Below are positions 53,101 to 64,000 of a stretch of DNA of 64,000 nucleotides, piece by piece (position 1 is the stretch's first letter; each line of letters opens with the position of its first letter). The stretch is taken from positions 10,664,001 through 10,728,000 of the forward strand of contig NC_087263.1 in NCBI RefSeq assembly GCF_037042905.1, given 5' to 3'. The position numbers were made by a program, and so were the translations under genes. This DNA comes from Lytechinus pictus. Lineage: Eukaryota. The notes beneath the pieces were generated by a model that was given only the letters and a program-made list of their open reading frames with translations, did not search any database and had not been told where the DNA came from.

Positions 53101-53778
53101 CTTACATATTCTTATACTTTAGCCTAACCGAATGTCATATGTTACCTCACTGTTTATACCAATCTTATCTTAGGTTGTGATTTGTTATCGTATCTCATCC
53201 GTTAACTTATCCTATCTTGTTTCATAATCATCACAGTGTCTTGTCATTTTTCCCTTACTTATCTACATATTCTTATACTTTAGCTTAACTAATTATAATA
53301 TGTCACCGCACCTACTATCTAATCTTACTTTAATATCCCATCTTATCCTGATAAGCTCTCTTAACGAAAAAAATAGTGAATTTTCACTTACATTGGAATA
53401 GTGCCGTCACTCAATTTAGATGGAATTAGAGTGGACACGCGAATATTACACATAAATCTTACTCTAAAAAGGGTGAAATTCACTCTGCAACAGAGGGAGT
53501 CACTTTTAATCTGTTGAATGTTATTAGCTTCATCCGAAGAGTAAATTATCCAATATATCTTTTAAGAGATCAATCTTATCTCATTTAATATTTAAAAGAA
53601 AAATCTTATCATATTTTATTTGTATTATCTTATCATTATGTTATCACTATCTTATTTTATCATATACATCTACAAAATGATACCAATGTTTTGACTCATG
53701 AATCTCAAATTTATTTTCCTTATGCCATCTTACCTTATCCGAGCATGCTGCCTTGCCTTCAGTCCTGCAAACATCCAT
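37997..53778 (-). CDS. Divergent PAH-like paralog (tandem duplicate; predicted ~382 aa, essentially the catalytic domain)
   Basis: Nine exons homologous to PAH exons 4-12 with sizes 89, 68, 197, 136, 70, 57, 96, 134 and 117 nt (PAH exon 12 is 116). Open frame to TGA at 37997. H285, H290 and E330 intact. The two 5' exons are inferred from splice phase. Confidence 0.85.
39264..39397 (-). CDS. PAH-like paralog exon 11 homolog
   Basis: 134 nt, [44 protein letters not shown]. Confidence 0.94.
39693..39788 (-). CDS. PAH-like paralog exon 10 homolog
   Basis: 96 nt, [32 protein letters not shown]. Confidence 0.94.
40078..40570. mobile_element. Foldback-like MITE (ttcgtaattccgaagg family)
   Basis: Inverted copy of 20896-21357; degenerate relative at ~41125-41750. 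Confidence 0.8.
40792..40848 (-). CDS. PAH-like paralog exon 9 homolog
   Basis: 57 nt, [19 protein letters not shown]. Confidence 0.93.
41389..41565. mobile_element. Small MITE with a perfect 24-bp TIR
   Basis: ggcttgtgacgatcgtctgcgttc / gaacgcagacgatcgtcacaagcc. Confidence 0.75.
41807..41876 (-). CDS. PAH-like paralog exon 8 homolog
   Basis: 70 nt, [23 protein letters not shown]. Confidence 0.94.
42776..42911 (-). CDS. PAH-like paralog exon 7 homolog
   Basis: 136 nt, [46 protein letters not shown]. Confidence 0.93.
43689..43885 (-). CDS. PAH-like paralog exon 6 homolog
   Basis: 197 nt, [17 protein letters not shown]...[12 protein letters not shown]. Confidence 0.93.
44600..44667 (-). CDS. 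PAH-like paralog exon 5 homolog
   Basis: 68 nt, [22 protein letters not shown]. Confidence 0.93.
45116..45204 (-). CDS. PAH-like paralog exon 4 homolog
   Basis: 89 nt, [30 protein letters not shown]. Confidence 0.93.
45452..45727. other. Assembly gap (others at 2728-2858, 28709-28845, 37319-37464, 55127-55353)
   Basis: Runs of N. Confidence 1.
45787..45934 (-). CDS. PAH-like paralog putative exon replacing the ACT exons ([14 protein letters not shown]...[10 protein letters not shown])
   Basis: cctttag/gtatga, 148 nt open, phase 0 to 1 like PAH exon 3; G+TT gives the V of VPWFP. Confidence 0.65.
48234..49041. mobile_element. Second copy of the ~810-bp Harbinger-like element
   Basis: Near-identical to 34673-35482. 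Confidence 0.85.
49215..51909. mobile_element. Foldback-type element with inverted 15-bp tandem arrays and a 6-bp TSD
   Basis: tcatat|gg...(ggtaaaaatggcaga)n ... (tctgccatttttacc)n...cc|tcatat. Confidence 0.75.
50841..51621. mobile_element. piggyBac-like MITE
   Basis: TTAA|CCCTATCTAGGCCGGGG...CCCCGGCCTAGATAGGG|TTAA. Confidence 0.9.
53734..53778 (-). CDS. PAH-like paralog putative first coding exon ([15 protein letters not shown])
   Basis: ATG GAT GTT TGC AGG ACT GAA GGC resembles the PAH start MDGTKTDG; AAG/gtaag donor, phase 0. Confidence 0.5.
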
Positions 53779-55496
53779 TTCTTGATCCTAATTGAAGATA
53801 GATGTTGAACATATGTATTCTCCTCTCGGACCCTTTGAACACATTGTCATTGATAAGTTTATTTTCTCCTGTGTCTGACATTCACATATTTCCAATGGTG
53901 GATCAATATTACAAACGCGGTCTTGTAATAGAAAGAGTTGTGATCTAGTTTTTATGTCTGGGATGCTTGGGGGGAACTGAGTTGGATGCTTAATAACGTT
54001 GCCTTCAAAGTGGAATGTAACAAAATTCTTGGGGAGATTGTAAGATACTTTCCTGATCGAACAAGCGTGCAGTACTTCTTTTTTGACATCTTAGTGAACC
54101 AGTGAAGTAAAACTTCTTGAAAACCTATTTTGAAACCTCATTGAAATTACAATTCTTCAACATAAAGCCTTTAGCACTCCTTTCATTGTCCTTTTGGGGG
54201 CTAATGTGTTCACTAATCACAAGTCAGAATAAAACCAGAAGAGCTGTTTTCCCTATTCATACCGACTGTGCCATTCCAAAAAAGACCCTGATAATGGTTG
54301 GCCCATAGACTTGTACAGTGTAGTCAAATTCGACTTCCAAGATTTCTTTTTCCGACTTGGGCATGGGATCTAGCTATAATTATTGATGGACTCATGATTT
54401 ACATTTCTTTTGTCGCAAGTTGAGTTAAAGCCAACCACGTACAGTTCTGTGATCGTTTGAGCCACTGGTGTTCGGATGGGGGGAGTGACTTTGAGGCTAT
54501 GCCCCCCAAAAAGAAAGACAAAAAAGAGAAGGTTAAAAAAGCTGAATTATGTTCGCTCTCTCAGAGTAGATCTTTTCAACCTTTGCCCCATATCTGGCCC
54601 CTCAAGTCTTTTTAGCTCATTATGCCACTGCATGGTTTGGGCATTCCATAAAACAACGGTTTGAATTTCATCATGTTATCGGGACACTGGTATTATTCGT
54701 TGTGAAAACGAATGCACATGTACCATTTTTCCTGGCGCCATCGACACCTTTTTAGTGAGCAGCTGCATACATCAACTAAAAAGGGATGTCACCATTTATG
54801 GTATTTCGATAGGGGTCGGGAGCAGTGCGTTAATGAGCCAACGTGTTTTTTTTTTTTTTTTTGGGGGGGGGGGCACACTATGGCTTATGGGGTTGACTTT
54901 ATAGGAGAAGTCGAAATCGAAGGAAAGAAATGACATTATTTGAAAAAGAAAATCTGATTTTGTGATAGCTTTTAAAAATCATAATCACTCTTTTCCTCTG
55001 TTCTATCACCCTTCTTTCTGTTTGGTTTTTACAGAATCGTGGAACTTTTTTTTTATCTTGACTCTTCTAATTAATATTTAGTAATATGTTATATTTTATT
55101 TTATTTGTTTTATTCCATTCATTTTANNNNNNNNNNNNNNNNNNNNNNNNNNNNNNNNNNNNNNNNNNNNNNNNNNNNNNNNNNNNNNNNNNNNNNNNNN
55201 NNNNNNNNNNNNNNNNNNNNNNNNNNNNNNNNNNNNNNNNNNNNNNNNNNNNNNNNNNNNNNNNNNNNNNNNNNNNNNNNNNNNNNNNNNNNNNNNNNNN
55301 NNNNNNNNNNNNNNNNNNNNNNNNNNNNNNNNNNNNNNNNNNNNNNNNNNNNNTCCCCAAGCCTTCCGCATCCCATCTAAGCGCCAGTGACTGGAAGCAC
55401 ATGTGCCCTCCTATGAAACAGCAACACATTTATGACTCCACACTGAAATTTAAACAAAAGCAGTGACGGCGACATGGGCGGCAACAGGGGTAAAGT

Positions 55497-55714
55497 CAGG
55501 CGCAGATCCAGGGGGGGGGGCACAGGGGGCACGTGCCCCCTTTTGAGAAGCCAAATTAAAATTTATAATTCAAAAATGGCATTAAAACCGAGGTTTGCCC
55601 CCTCTTTTGAAATTGAAGACCTTTTTTTTTTGGATTGTCAATTTTTTTCGGGTATGAAATATCCTTCAAAAAAATTGCCCCCCCCCCCTTTGGAAAATCC
55701 TGGATCCACCCCTG
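55497..55714. mobile_element. hAT-like MITE
   Basis: caggcgcagatccagg / cctggatccacccctg termini. Confidence 0.55.
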
Positions 55715-56690
55715 CCTGGGCGAAGTCACGGTATTTTGATGAGGGTTAGACAACGTGAAATGAATCTTTAATTACTCAGATCATGGAGCTATTAAACACA
55801 GAAAGATATTTAAAAATTATATGTCATGCTCAAGTGAAATAAATTAACATTGACATCAAATTCTTGCTGTTGCTACATACAAAATACAGTATATGATATA
55901 TATTGAATAATTGCAAAAATATATTTTAATTACATATATAACACCATTGTAAAACAAACCTAAACTACGTTTTAAAAAGAAACAACAACGGCGCTGAACT
56001 TCCCCTTATTAATTAATTTGTTCTTCAGGAGGACCACCAAAGCAGAATCCGGTCCAAACATGAATGTTATTCCTCATTGAAAGGCAGTGGTAGACATGGT
56101 AGAAGACCGTATGGTGCAACACATTTTCTCCTCCTATAATGATAGTCCGGACCTTTCGTTTGAGGACGCGCACGCTTATTTACGACGTTAGTTGATTTTG
56201 GAAGAGACTTTTTGGGCCCGTCATCATGGTCGTCCTGCAATGCAAATTGTGTGACATGAGATTTTTTTTTTCGTTTCGCATCTGCGACGGAAACATTCAA
56301 TATGCGTTTCGTGTGCAAAATTTTGGTTGCTACTATGGTAACAGCGATATATCTCATTGAGGACGACTTTCCAAAGCCACATTTGACTCCTCCTAGAGCT
56401 CGAGAGGCCGCCCGGGGGGCCCACTTCCATTGATTAGTGGATCCCAGGAGCGACCACGCGTAAAAGGGGACAGAGTGGGCAGGTACGTTACGTATAGGCC
56501 TATGTAACGTTATAAGGGTGTCAAAACGATGTTTAAAATGCTGACAAAAAAGGGATATCCAATACTTGTAGGGTTTCACAAGCCAAATTCTTGTTAAGAG
56601 ATGCATTTTCATAATCTGGAAAAGAATTACTTCCCAGCTTGTTTAGGGTATTTTTCGAAACCCCATGGTCGTGCCTGGTATCCACTCATT

Positions 56691-57360
56691 AGTGGGTTTT
56701 CGCCCAGCGTCGTACGACGCTATCTACGACGTAGAACGATCTCTTTGTTCGTGCGTCCGTCGCGCTCAACTCTCGCTTGTAAGCAGTTTCGCAAATCGCT
56801 GAACGCGGCCGGATCGACCGGCTGGCATGGTTGGCATGTAATGTTGACACGCCAACATGTGCATTGTATATGTTCCTACTATGTGCACACAACTGGCAGT
56901 GCCATGTGTCTTGCAGTCGCGTCGTCGACCGAGCCATGCAACGGCTTTTCAATCATATTTCAATAATCATACTCGTTTAAACTTCTACTGTAACATTTTG
57001 AAATTATACTTAGCTTGATTTTAGTATAATTGAAATGGTACTCACCGAAAAACTCGCATTCGAGTCCATGTTTTGAAGCTTTCAGCTATCAGTGTAGTCA
57101 GAGTAGAGTACAACATGTGCATGCACGCGATGGGCGAATGTGTTTACATCGATCGGCTCAGCTTGCTCGCTCTACAAGCGATCTGATTGGCTGTTGACGG
57201 CTGTTGACAAATCCTACGTTCTAATGCGGACGCCCGCTAATTTGCGGAAGAACCGTCCGTGATTTGAGCTCAAGAACGCTCGGGCCTCCTGTTTCCATGA
57301 AAGTTGGCGATTTTTGCACACGTACGTTCTACGTCGTACGACGCTGGGCGAAAACCCACT
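56691..57360. mobile_element. Non-autonomous DNA transposon with a 29-bp TIR and ATT TSD, nested in the CCCGG-family element (56411-57385)
   Basis: att|agtgggttttcgcccagcgtcgtacgacg...cgtcgtacgacgctgggcgaaaacccact|att. Confidence 0.85.
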
Positions 57361-57755
57361 ATTAATGGAAGTGGTCCCCCCCGGAATTTGAATCTAATCC
57401 CCATTTCTGGGGGAAGTAAAACATAATGCCCATTACATCGTGTGCGAGAGGCATATCGTTTGTGTAGAAGGAATAAACAAAAGAAGCAAAAGAAACAAAA
57501 AGAAACGAGTTCAAATGTATTACATAATGGTGTGCACATATCAACTCACGCGAAATGTTCGGCTGGAGAGGTTGATCTGACCCATGAAATCAATTGCCAG
57601 TGATACACCAATAATCCACATTAAATGTAATATCGATTCGATGGACTGTAATGATCTATATCTAAGCCTTCATTCAGTAAGTTTTTCCTCACTCAATATG
57701 TACTCGATTTGTTTTAAAAACCACTTTCTTATCCATGTCATAATCTATTTTAGGT

Positions 57756-60700
57756 TGTAGTAACCTTGCCCGCCATAGTGGAGACGAGGGTTTACCTGGA
57801 ACAGTCCTTCTAAGGATCCGCGTCTGGTAATCTCGAAGTATCGAAGCTGCTGATGATGACCGATCTGCGGGCGATGGCTACCACTAGATATGTCCTTTGA
57901 CTCGACGTGCTCATTACTGACTGTACTATTACTGACTGATGACTGACTGGAACAAACAACTGACTGGAAAACTCTGGAAAAACTCTCACTCGAATCACTA
58001 GGAGATCGGGGCTTTTATACTTATCGCGTGGTCGCACGCATGGTCCGTCGCGGCACTATTGAGGTCACGACCTAACGTACCATGCGTGCGCCCACGATCC
58101 AGCCACGATCTCCATATTCCTCCCAACCATAAAAAACCAAGGGGAGATTAAAAGATTAAAAGGGGAATTAAACATCACCTTTGTCTTGGCCTGTTACAAA
58201 TTAATGATGCCAATAAAGATCCCCGATCAACAAAACACACATCAAATTTAATTTAAAAAGGTATAAAATATGACATTACTAAACACGGTGTCATCCATTA
58301 AAACCTCTATTCCATTTGGCATGTAAATAATGTGTCCACCTGAATAAACTATTGACTGACGAAAACATATTAGGTATCTGTCAGTATATGAGTAAAGTAT
58401 ATATATATGCCCTTGTACAAGTTTTTATTCCATAATCTCACCGGAGGGCATTCATAATCGTGTGGATAATAGTTGCAGATGGACAGTATAGGAAAGCCTA
58501 CAATGTTACCTGGGATTACCCAATGAGGTTCAACAACGGTCATATAAATGAAAATTATATTTTCCAAAAGTCACTGTTTGGGGTCTATTCTAATTCTGTC
58601 ATATTGATATTTGTTTAGAAGGTTTTTATTTAAATAGGTCAGATTAACATGATTTCATGTAAACCTCTCCAATACGATTCCAACTTATCGCAATATATGT
58701 TTGGGAATACCCAGAATGGCAATATGACGTAAATAGTGAACCTCGTAGGGTAAACCTACGCAAAAAAGGACAATAGTAAAAACAGAGAAAGGACCTTTTT
58801 ATATACATGCATATTCAGCAAATCAAACCCTGTTTTTCTTGTTCTCTTCTCAAGCAGGTTTGTATTACAAAGATCGAAACCAGTAGAGGATGCACTTGAG
58901 CAGACGACCCAAAACCTCTTGGAATCAAACGTGCTGTCAGACTGGATTTCGCAACATGGTTTATGATTAGAATGTTTATATTGTCAGCAGACTTTTAGCT
59001 CCAGTATTCTTTAATAGTTTAATTCTTTAAAAGAGGTACGTGGGACAGTCTACTTCTGGTACCTGCACATCGTTCATAATATCTTTTAAACAATTTTCAT
59101 TGACTGTATTGAAGGTCTAAGTATGACTGTTTGATTAAAAGATGAATGTGCATATTGTATATTACATAAAAATAAAGTCCAATCCCATGTATACAGATTA
59201 CATTGCTGACAATATTGTTGCCACAACAAACGGCAAGTCCTTGTTTACAAAATCAGCATATTACTGCACGTTTCTTATAAAGTGAGTTAGGGATCTCATT
59301 GCAACATTTCAAATATTTCCTATGAATTATATTAATTACAAAAAGGTATCTGTGTATATAAGAATCTTGAAATGTTTACCATGAATTACATTAATTATAG
59401 AGTCATGAATCTGTAGCATAAATTTATATTCTAATCAGAAGAACCTTTCCCTCAAACTGTATTCTGGAATTTGTGGCAAGAGGGAAGTTTCATGAAATAT
59501 GTATGTGCCAGAATTTAACAGACTTCAAATATATAAATGATGTAATTCATATAACTTTGAGCACTAATACAAAAATAACTGGCAATATAATGATTGTAAT
59601 AATACAATAATTATGTAATATTGCAATAAAATCCCTGTCTACTTTACTCTACTTCACCCTCTCCCTCTCATCTCCTTTTCTTTGTTTTTAAAGGTGGAGG
59701 CCAAGGAGGAAGCAGCCAAGGGGTGCACATTAATGATGGAGTATCTCCATAGGAGAATAGATGGACATGCAGAGGAGTCCCTTCCTCGTGAGATGGGGGA
59801 TTGCTTTGCTTGCCCAGTGCATCCCTAGTCGTCTGCTGGCCCAACTGTTTCAACTCATCACAATCAACCGATAGAAATAATGATAGATCAAAGCTTCTAC
59901 CTGAACAGGAAGAATTATTATTTCGGACAGATCTTATGTGGTGTGAACTTGAAACAGGGGGAGAGAGTGGGTATTGGTCCTTACATATTGGGATCGGGGT
60001 CGGACCCATTCCTCCGATCCCAGATCGTTTCCCTGATATTCTTCAGTTTCAATGGATACTTTATCAGCATGTAGGTCACTGAGTTCAAAAAGATCAAGCC
60101 TCTTACACCCCTTATATGAAATACTCTCCTCTGAGGATTTTATCAAGACTGTGGAGGAGTTAGGGTGGCTGAGAGAGGTCTGATACTTTGTGGCCTCAGG
60201 AGTATTTTCAGGGGAACCCCTTGATTCTTGTGAAGTTCTTGTTAGTTGCTCAAGTTTGGAAATCTGAGTGGCTAGGTCTTCGACAGAGGACTCCAGTGCA
60301 TTAATGATTTGTAGGCGATTAAGCACGAAGTCCATCTTGTCTTCCAAAACATGAATTCGTTGTTCAATGGACCTATGTTTAAGAGAATGAGCAGTAACTT
60401 CTACTTTAGATTCCTCAGTAGCTTCGGTAGGAGCCTCAAAGGGAGGGGGAAAGTTTTCCCCGCTAGGTCCCTTATATTCTACTGAATCTGGGGTAACCCT
60501 GATATGCTTGAGTGAGAAAGTATTAGCGGCAGAGGGCATATTGTTTGTGGTTTTACAATTTTCATAGGTTGGAGAAGATGCCACTAATCTGCAACTATCA
60601 CTCCGGTATCCATCATTCATATCTTGAAGATGGACAGATGAAGATGAACGAGTATCCCTCGAACGCTCATGGAATGATTGCGGGGTTAGCCGTTTATAAT

Positions 60701-63700
60701 TTTCAAGTGTCCATTCCTCAGAAGATGAAGAAACACTTGGGTACCCATCGCTGTTTGAATGACGAGAAGATGAAGGGGACCTAGACTCACGCCTTCGATG
60801 ATCATAAGAGGATCGAGGGGGTGAACTTTGGATTCCTTCATCTCTCGATCGTACCCGGGAATAAGATGTGCTAGGGTATTCAGTGTTTACTCGAGAATGG
60901 ACGGGTGAAGGAGAGGGAGTATTCCGCCGATGAGGATCACGAAATGATCTTCGAGGGGAAGACTGCCTGTGGTCTTTACCCTTCCATTCTGAGTAACGAA
61001 CGGATGAAGGAGAGCGAGCATCCCACCTACTTGAATCATAAAATGATTCTCGAGGAGGATACCGACTAAAACCGTCATCCTTCCGTTCTTCATATGGTGA
61101 TCGAGAACGACGAATAGGTGAAGGGGAGCGAGTATCCCATCCTCGCATCCTTGAATCATAAAATGATTCCCTCGGGGGATCCCGCCTGTAACCTTCACCT
61201 CTCCGTCCTTCTTCATAAGGTGATGGAGATCGATTTCGGTATCTATGAGAATGGGATTCGCGATCATCGCCCCCACGTCGGTGTGGAGATTCGTTACGAT
61301 CGTAATAATCATATTCATAATCAACCCTATAGTAGTGTGGGGATTCGTAACGTTCCTCACGACGTGGAGGAGATGGATCGTGTCTTCGGTAATCAAAATC
61401 ATGGTAATCACCTCGGCCTCGCAGTGGAAGATTGTATTGATTATCATAATAGTTATAATGATGATCCCGATGTTTTGATGGGGACTCACGACGTGACCTA
61501 CCACTGCGACGGAGGGGAGACCTATGATGATGATCTGTTCTTGATGAGTCATAGCGATGACGATCGCATTCGCCTCGCAATGGAGTCTCGCTAGAATAGC
61601 AATTATTTCCCCTATACTTGTGTCGTGGGGAAATAGAGCGATCTCTCCGATTGCGGCGCGAATGGGACCTGTCAATATAATCCCTATTTCGGTTATGATT
61701 ATTTTCTTCCCCTTGCCTGTCGTCACGACTTACTGCATTGCCACGAGCATTGCGGTAAAGCCGTGAATGTTGAGGGGTGTGATCATGATCTTCCATCAAC
61801 CTAGGATTCCTTCTTTCAGAGGAATCCAAACGATTATTGTATCTGCGAGAGACTTTACGTTCACTCCGCCAGCGATGGTACCTGTCAATTGTATGGGAAG
61901 ATTCATCGCTGAACTAGAACTATAATATTCATAGTCCCGTGTCCCAGACATATTATTTCAATTATCATTCAAAATGATTAAACGAATAATAGGAGGGACA
62001 TATAAAAGATAATTTAAGTCTCTCGGAGATAATGTGTACAGATTACAATTACACCTACAATACTACTGATATACCTACACTACGACATATTATACAGTGT
62101 ACTCTACAAACTATAGGGTAAGTTACCAGGAGTTCAAATGAACAAACTGCGAATTGGAAAAATACAAGGCGCAAATTGTTTACGAATTGTAGTGAATAGA
62201 TACAATTCGCAAAAGGAAATTCACAAGTCACAAATTGTAATATATATAAAATTTACAAATATTATGTCCAACTTGTGAATTTGAGTACACAATAACATTA
62301 GTACTTGAAATGCTTATAGTTTATGCAACGCGCGTCGCGTAAATAAGCTTTATACAAACCTGAAACTCAGATAAGTAAACTTCGGGCGATCAAATTTGGA
62401 CAAACGCACGCAATTTGGACTCTAAGTGTACTCATGCATACGATAATTTGTGAACTTCAATCTGAAAATATTTACAAATATTTAAAATGTAATACGAGTA
62501 ATCAGCACTCGGGATGCTGAATAATTTCAGGATCCCGTTTGTACAAGTGCTCGACCCAAAATATCAATGTGTAAACAAAGTTACAAATTGATACATTCAT
62601 GCATGGATTCTTGCACTATATAATATCTTGAGTGCCTGCCTGTTCTTGCAAAGTGCACAAATTTTAATACCTACAAGTTATACAGAAATAAATAGACAAT
62701 GAGCTTTTACAAGTTCGTCTCGAGGACAACAATAAATAAATGAGCTAAATCAAAATCAAGGAGCCCACTTGGCTCTGTGTCAGGCGTCTTCTCGCTAAAT
62801 GAATTGTAAATATTACTCAGTCTACTTGACTGTATAACAAACACTTGTAATGAACAAATAATCTAATTGCTGCTCAAATTCTTAAAACGGTGCAGCAGTA
62901 ACGCACTTCAATTTCTTAATCTTCAGAATTTATTTACAGTTACGATCCTGAAATTCAGAAAACAAAACAATATATTCATTTCAATAAATCCTAACGTATT
63001 TTTGCAAGATAATCACTGGATTAACTGCAATGAAATAGACAAGTTTATTAAAGCGAAACTTGGATTGAGGGAGTGACTTGCGATACCGCCGCCGGAATTA
63101 GCAGTTGGAGATTAAGCTAAGTCCAAACTGAAAATTAAGTAAGAAATACGCTATCATGCCCTAATAATTCAGTGGACAAACCATAAAATCCAACTTGTAA
63201 TTACTCAGTTATGGCAATAAGATTGCTAAATACTACTTCAAACTTGCTAACGACAGGAGCCCACGACTATCAAAAAGGTAGAGAGGCAACTAAGAAATTC
63301 AACACATTTGATTCTCTAACAAATTTAAAGTGAGGGAAGCAATCCTTAATATTAAACAAATCCCTAACAAAATGTATTACAACTATGCTTAAACAATTTT
63401 AATTAGGGGAAAGTTTAATATATTTGGTTGAGAGTTTGCGAATTATAGAAGTCCAACTAGAGTGAAAAGCCCTACCTTACAATCAGGGGCAAATCCTCAA
63501 ATTTAACAAGTCTAACTAAAGTGAAATGCCCAGCCTTATAATCAGGGGCAAGTCACAATCTATATCAAAACAAGTCAATGAACCTTTCGAGCTAATTAAT
63601 AATTCTGACTCACTCCACTCTCCTCCTTTTCCTTTTTTTTAATCTAAATAAAATGGTAGAGGGGCGCGTGTATATGGGAACTATGAGTGCCTGAATATGA

Positions 63701-64000
63701 AAAATACCAACTCCTAACAAGCTATATAATTCCCAGAAAAATAAACGCGCGAACTTTTATCAAATATAATTGTGATTTTAATGTTAAGCCTGTAATTTGT
63801 AATAATGGACTTAACTAAAAACGATACCGCAATTGATTGCTGATAACAAAGAATATGATCGCGGGTGTTAAAATTAGATTCCAAGAAATCCCGTCTGGTA
63901 AATATCTATAGAATAAACGACGCATAAATATCAGCGTTCGTCAAATAATTCTCTCTTTTTTCTTTTAGATTCGCAACAAAATAAGTTAAGAATTTATTTG
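57756..64000 (-). mobile_element. Probable LTR retroelement (candidate 3' LTR ~58116-57756, decayed pol-like region, long ORF); 5' end outside the window
   Basis: Minus strand: purine tract GGGAGGAA before a ~360-bp segment with TATAAAA ending in ...ACTACA; weak protease-like remnants (YMGLDFIF, KLLKNTGAKS). Only one LTR is visible. Confidence 0.5.
59934..61829 (-). CDS. Intronless Arg/Ser/Asp-rich low-complexity protein with a coiled coil (gag/ORF1-like, probably element-encoded)
   Basis: 631-codon ORF (first ATG 61796); repeats PPRESFYDS..WD.RSPS; heptad segment IEQRIHVLEDKMDFVLNRLQIINALESSVEDLATQISKL; frameshifted extensions at both ends. Confidence 0.6.
   Translation of the reverse strand: MDSSERRNPRLMEDHDHTPQHSRLYRNARGNAVSRDDRQGEENNHNRNRDYIDRSHSRRNRRDRSISPRHKYRGNNCYSSETPLRGECDRHRYDSSRTDHHHRSPLRRSGRSRRESPSKHRDHHYNYYDNQYNLPLRGRGDYHDFDYRRHDPSPPRREERYESPHYYRVDYEYDYYDRNESPHRRGGDDRESHSHRYRNRSPSPYEEGRRGEGYRRDPPRESFYDSRMRGWDTRSPSPIRRSRSPYEERKDDGFSRYPPRESFYDSSRWDARSPSSVRYSEWKGKDHRQSSPRRSFRDPHRRNTPSPSPVHSRVNTEYPSTSYSRVRSRDEGIQSSPPRSSYDHRRRESRSPSSSRHSNSDGYPSVSSSSEEWTLENYKRLTPQSFHERSRDTRSSSSVHLQDMNDGYRSDSCRLVASSPTYENCKTTNNMPSAANTFSLKHIRVTPDSVEYKGPSGENFPPPFEAPTEATEESKVEVTAHSLKHRSIEQRIHVLEDKMDFVLNRLQIINALESSVEDLATQISKLEQLTRTSQESRGSPENTPEATKYQTSLSHPNSSTVLIKSSEESISYKGCKRLDLFELSDLHADKVSIETEEYQGNDLGSEEWVRPRSQYVRTNTHSLPLFQVHTT

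Larger units (their letters stand above)
48100..53340. repeat. ~120-150-bp tandem satellite interrupted by two transposons
   Basis: Unit cttatcttaggttgtgttatgttatcttatctcatctgttaacttatcctatcttgtttcataattatc...; about 10 copies at 51915-53340. Confidence 0.85.

Noticed and set aside
56067-57544. ORFs of 87-181 aa
   Set aside because: They cross MITE boundaries and show no recognisable domain
60545-61766. Overlapping alternative-frame and antisense ORFs (279 aa, 158 aa and others)
   Set aside because: Shadows of the low-complexity 631-aa ORF with no independent support

Overview
AT-rich, intron- and transposon-rich animal genomic DNA; the repeat and SINE types suggest an invertebrate deuterostome such as a sea urchin, but that is inference. 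There are five assembly gaps. (1) A complete 13-exon phenylalanine hydroxylase gene (PAH, minus strand, CDS 27563->2443, 463 aa); the coding lengths of exons 4-13 match human PAH. (2) Upstream on the same strand lies a divergent tandem PAH paralog (core exons 45204->37989, probable 5' exons at 45934-45787 and 53778-53734). It keeps the iron triad and the amino-acid-binding residues, but its pterin-cofactor pocket is remodelled, it has no recognisable ACT regulatory domain, and a +1 frameshift removes the C-terminal tetramerisation helix. It is a candidate neofunctionalised aromatic amino acid hydroxylase. (3) PAH intron 6 holds four degenerate copies of the exon 7 acceptor plus the 5' part of exon 7. 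(4) A decayed Tx1/L1-type LINE between the two genes is flanked by an apparent ~245-bp target-site duplication. (5) Many MITEs (Kolobok-, piggyBac-, Harbinger- and hAT-like), tRNA-derived SINEs, a foldback-type element and minisatellites. (6) At the right end, a probable LTR retroelement with a long RS-rich coiled-coil ORF. Exon coordinates were read by hand from GT-AG boundaries; transposon family calls rest on termini and target-site duplications, not database searches.
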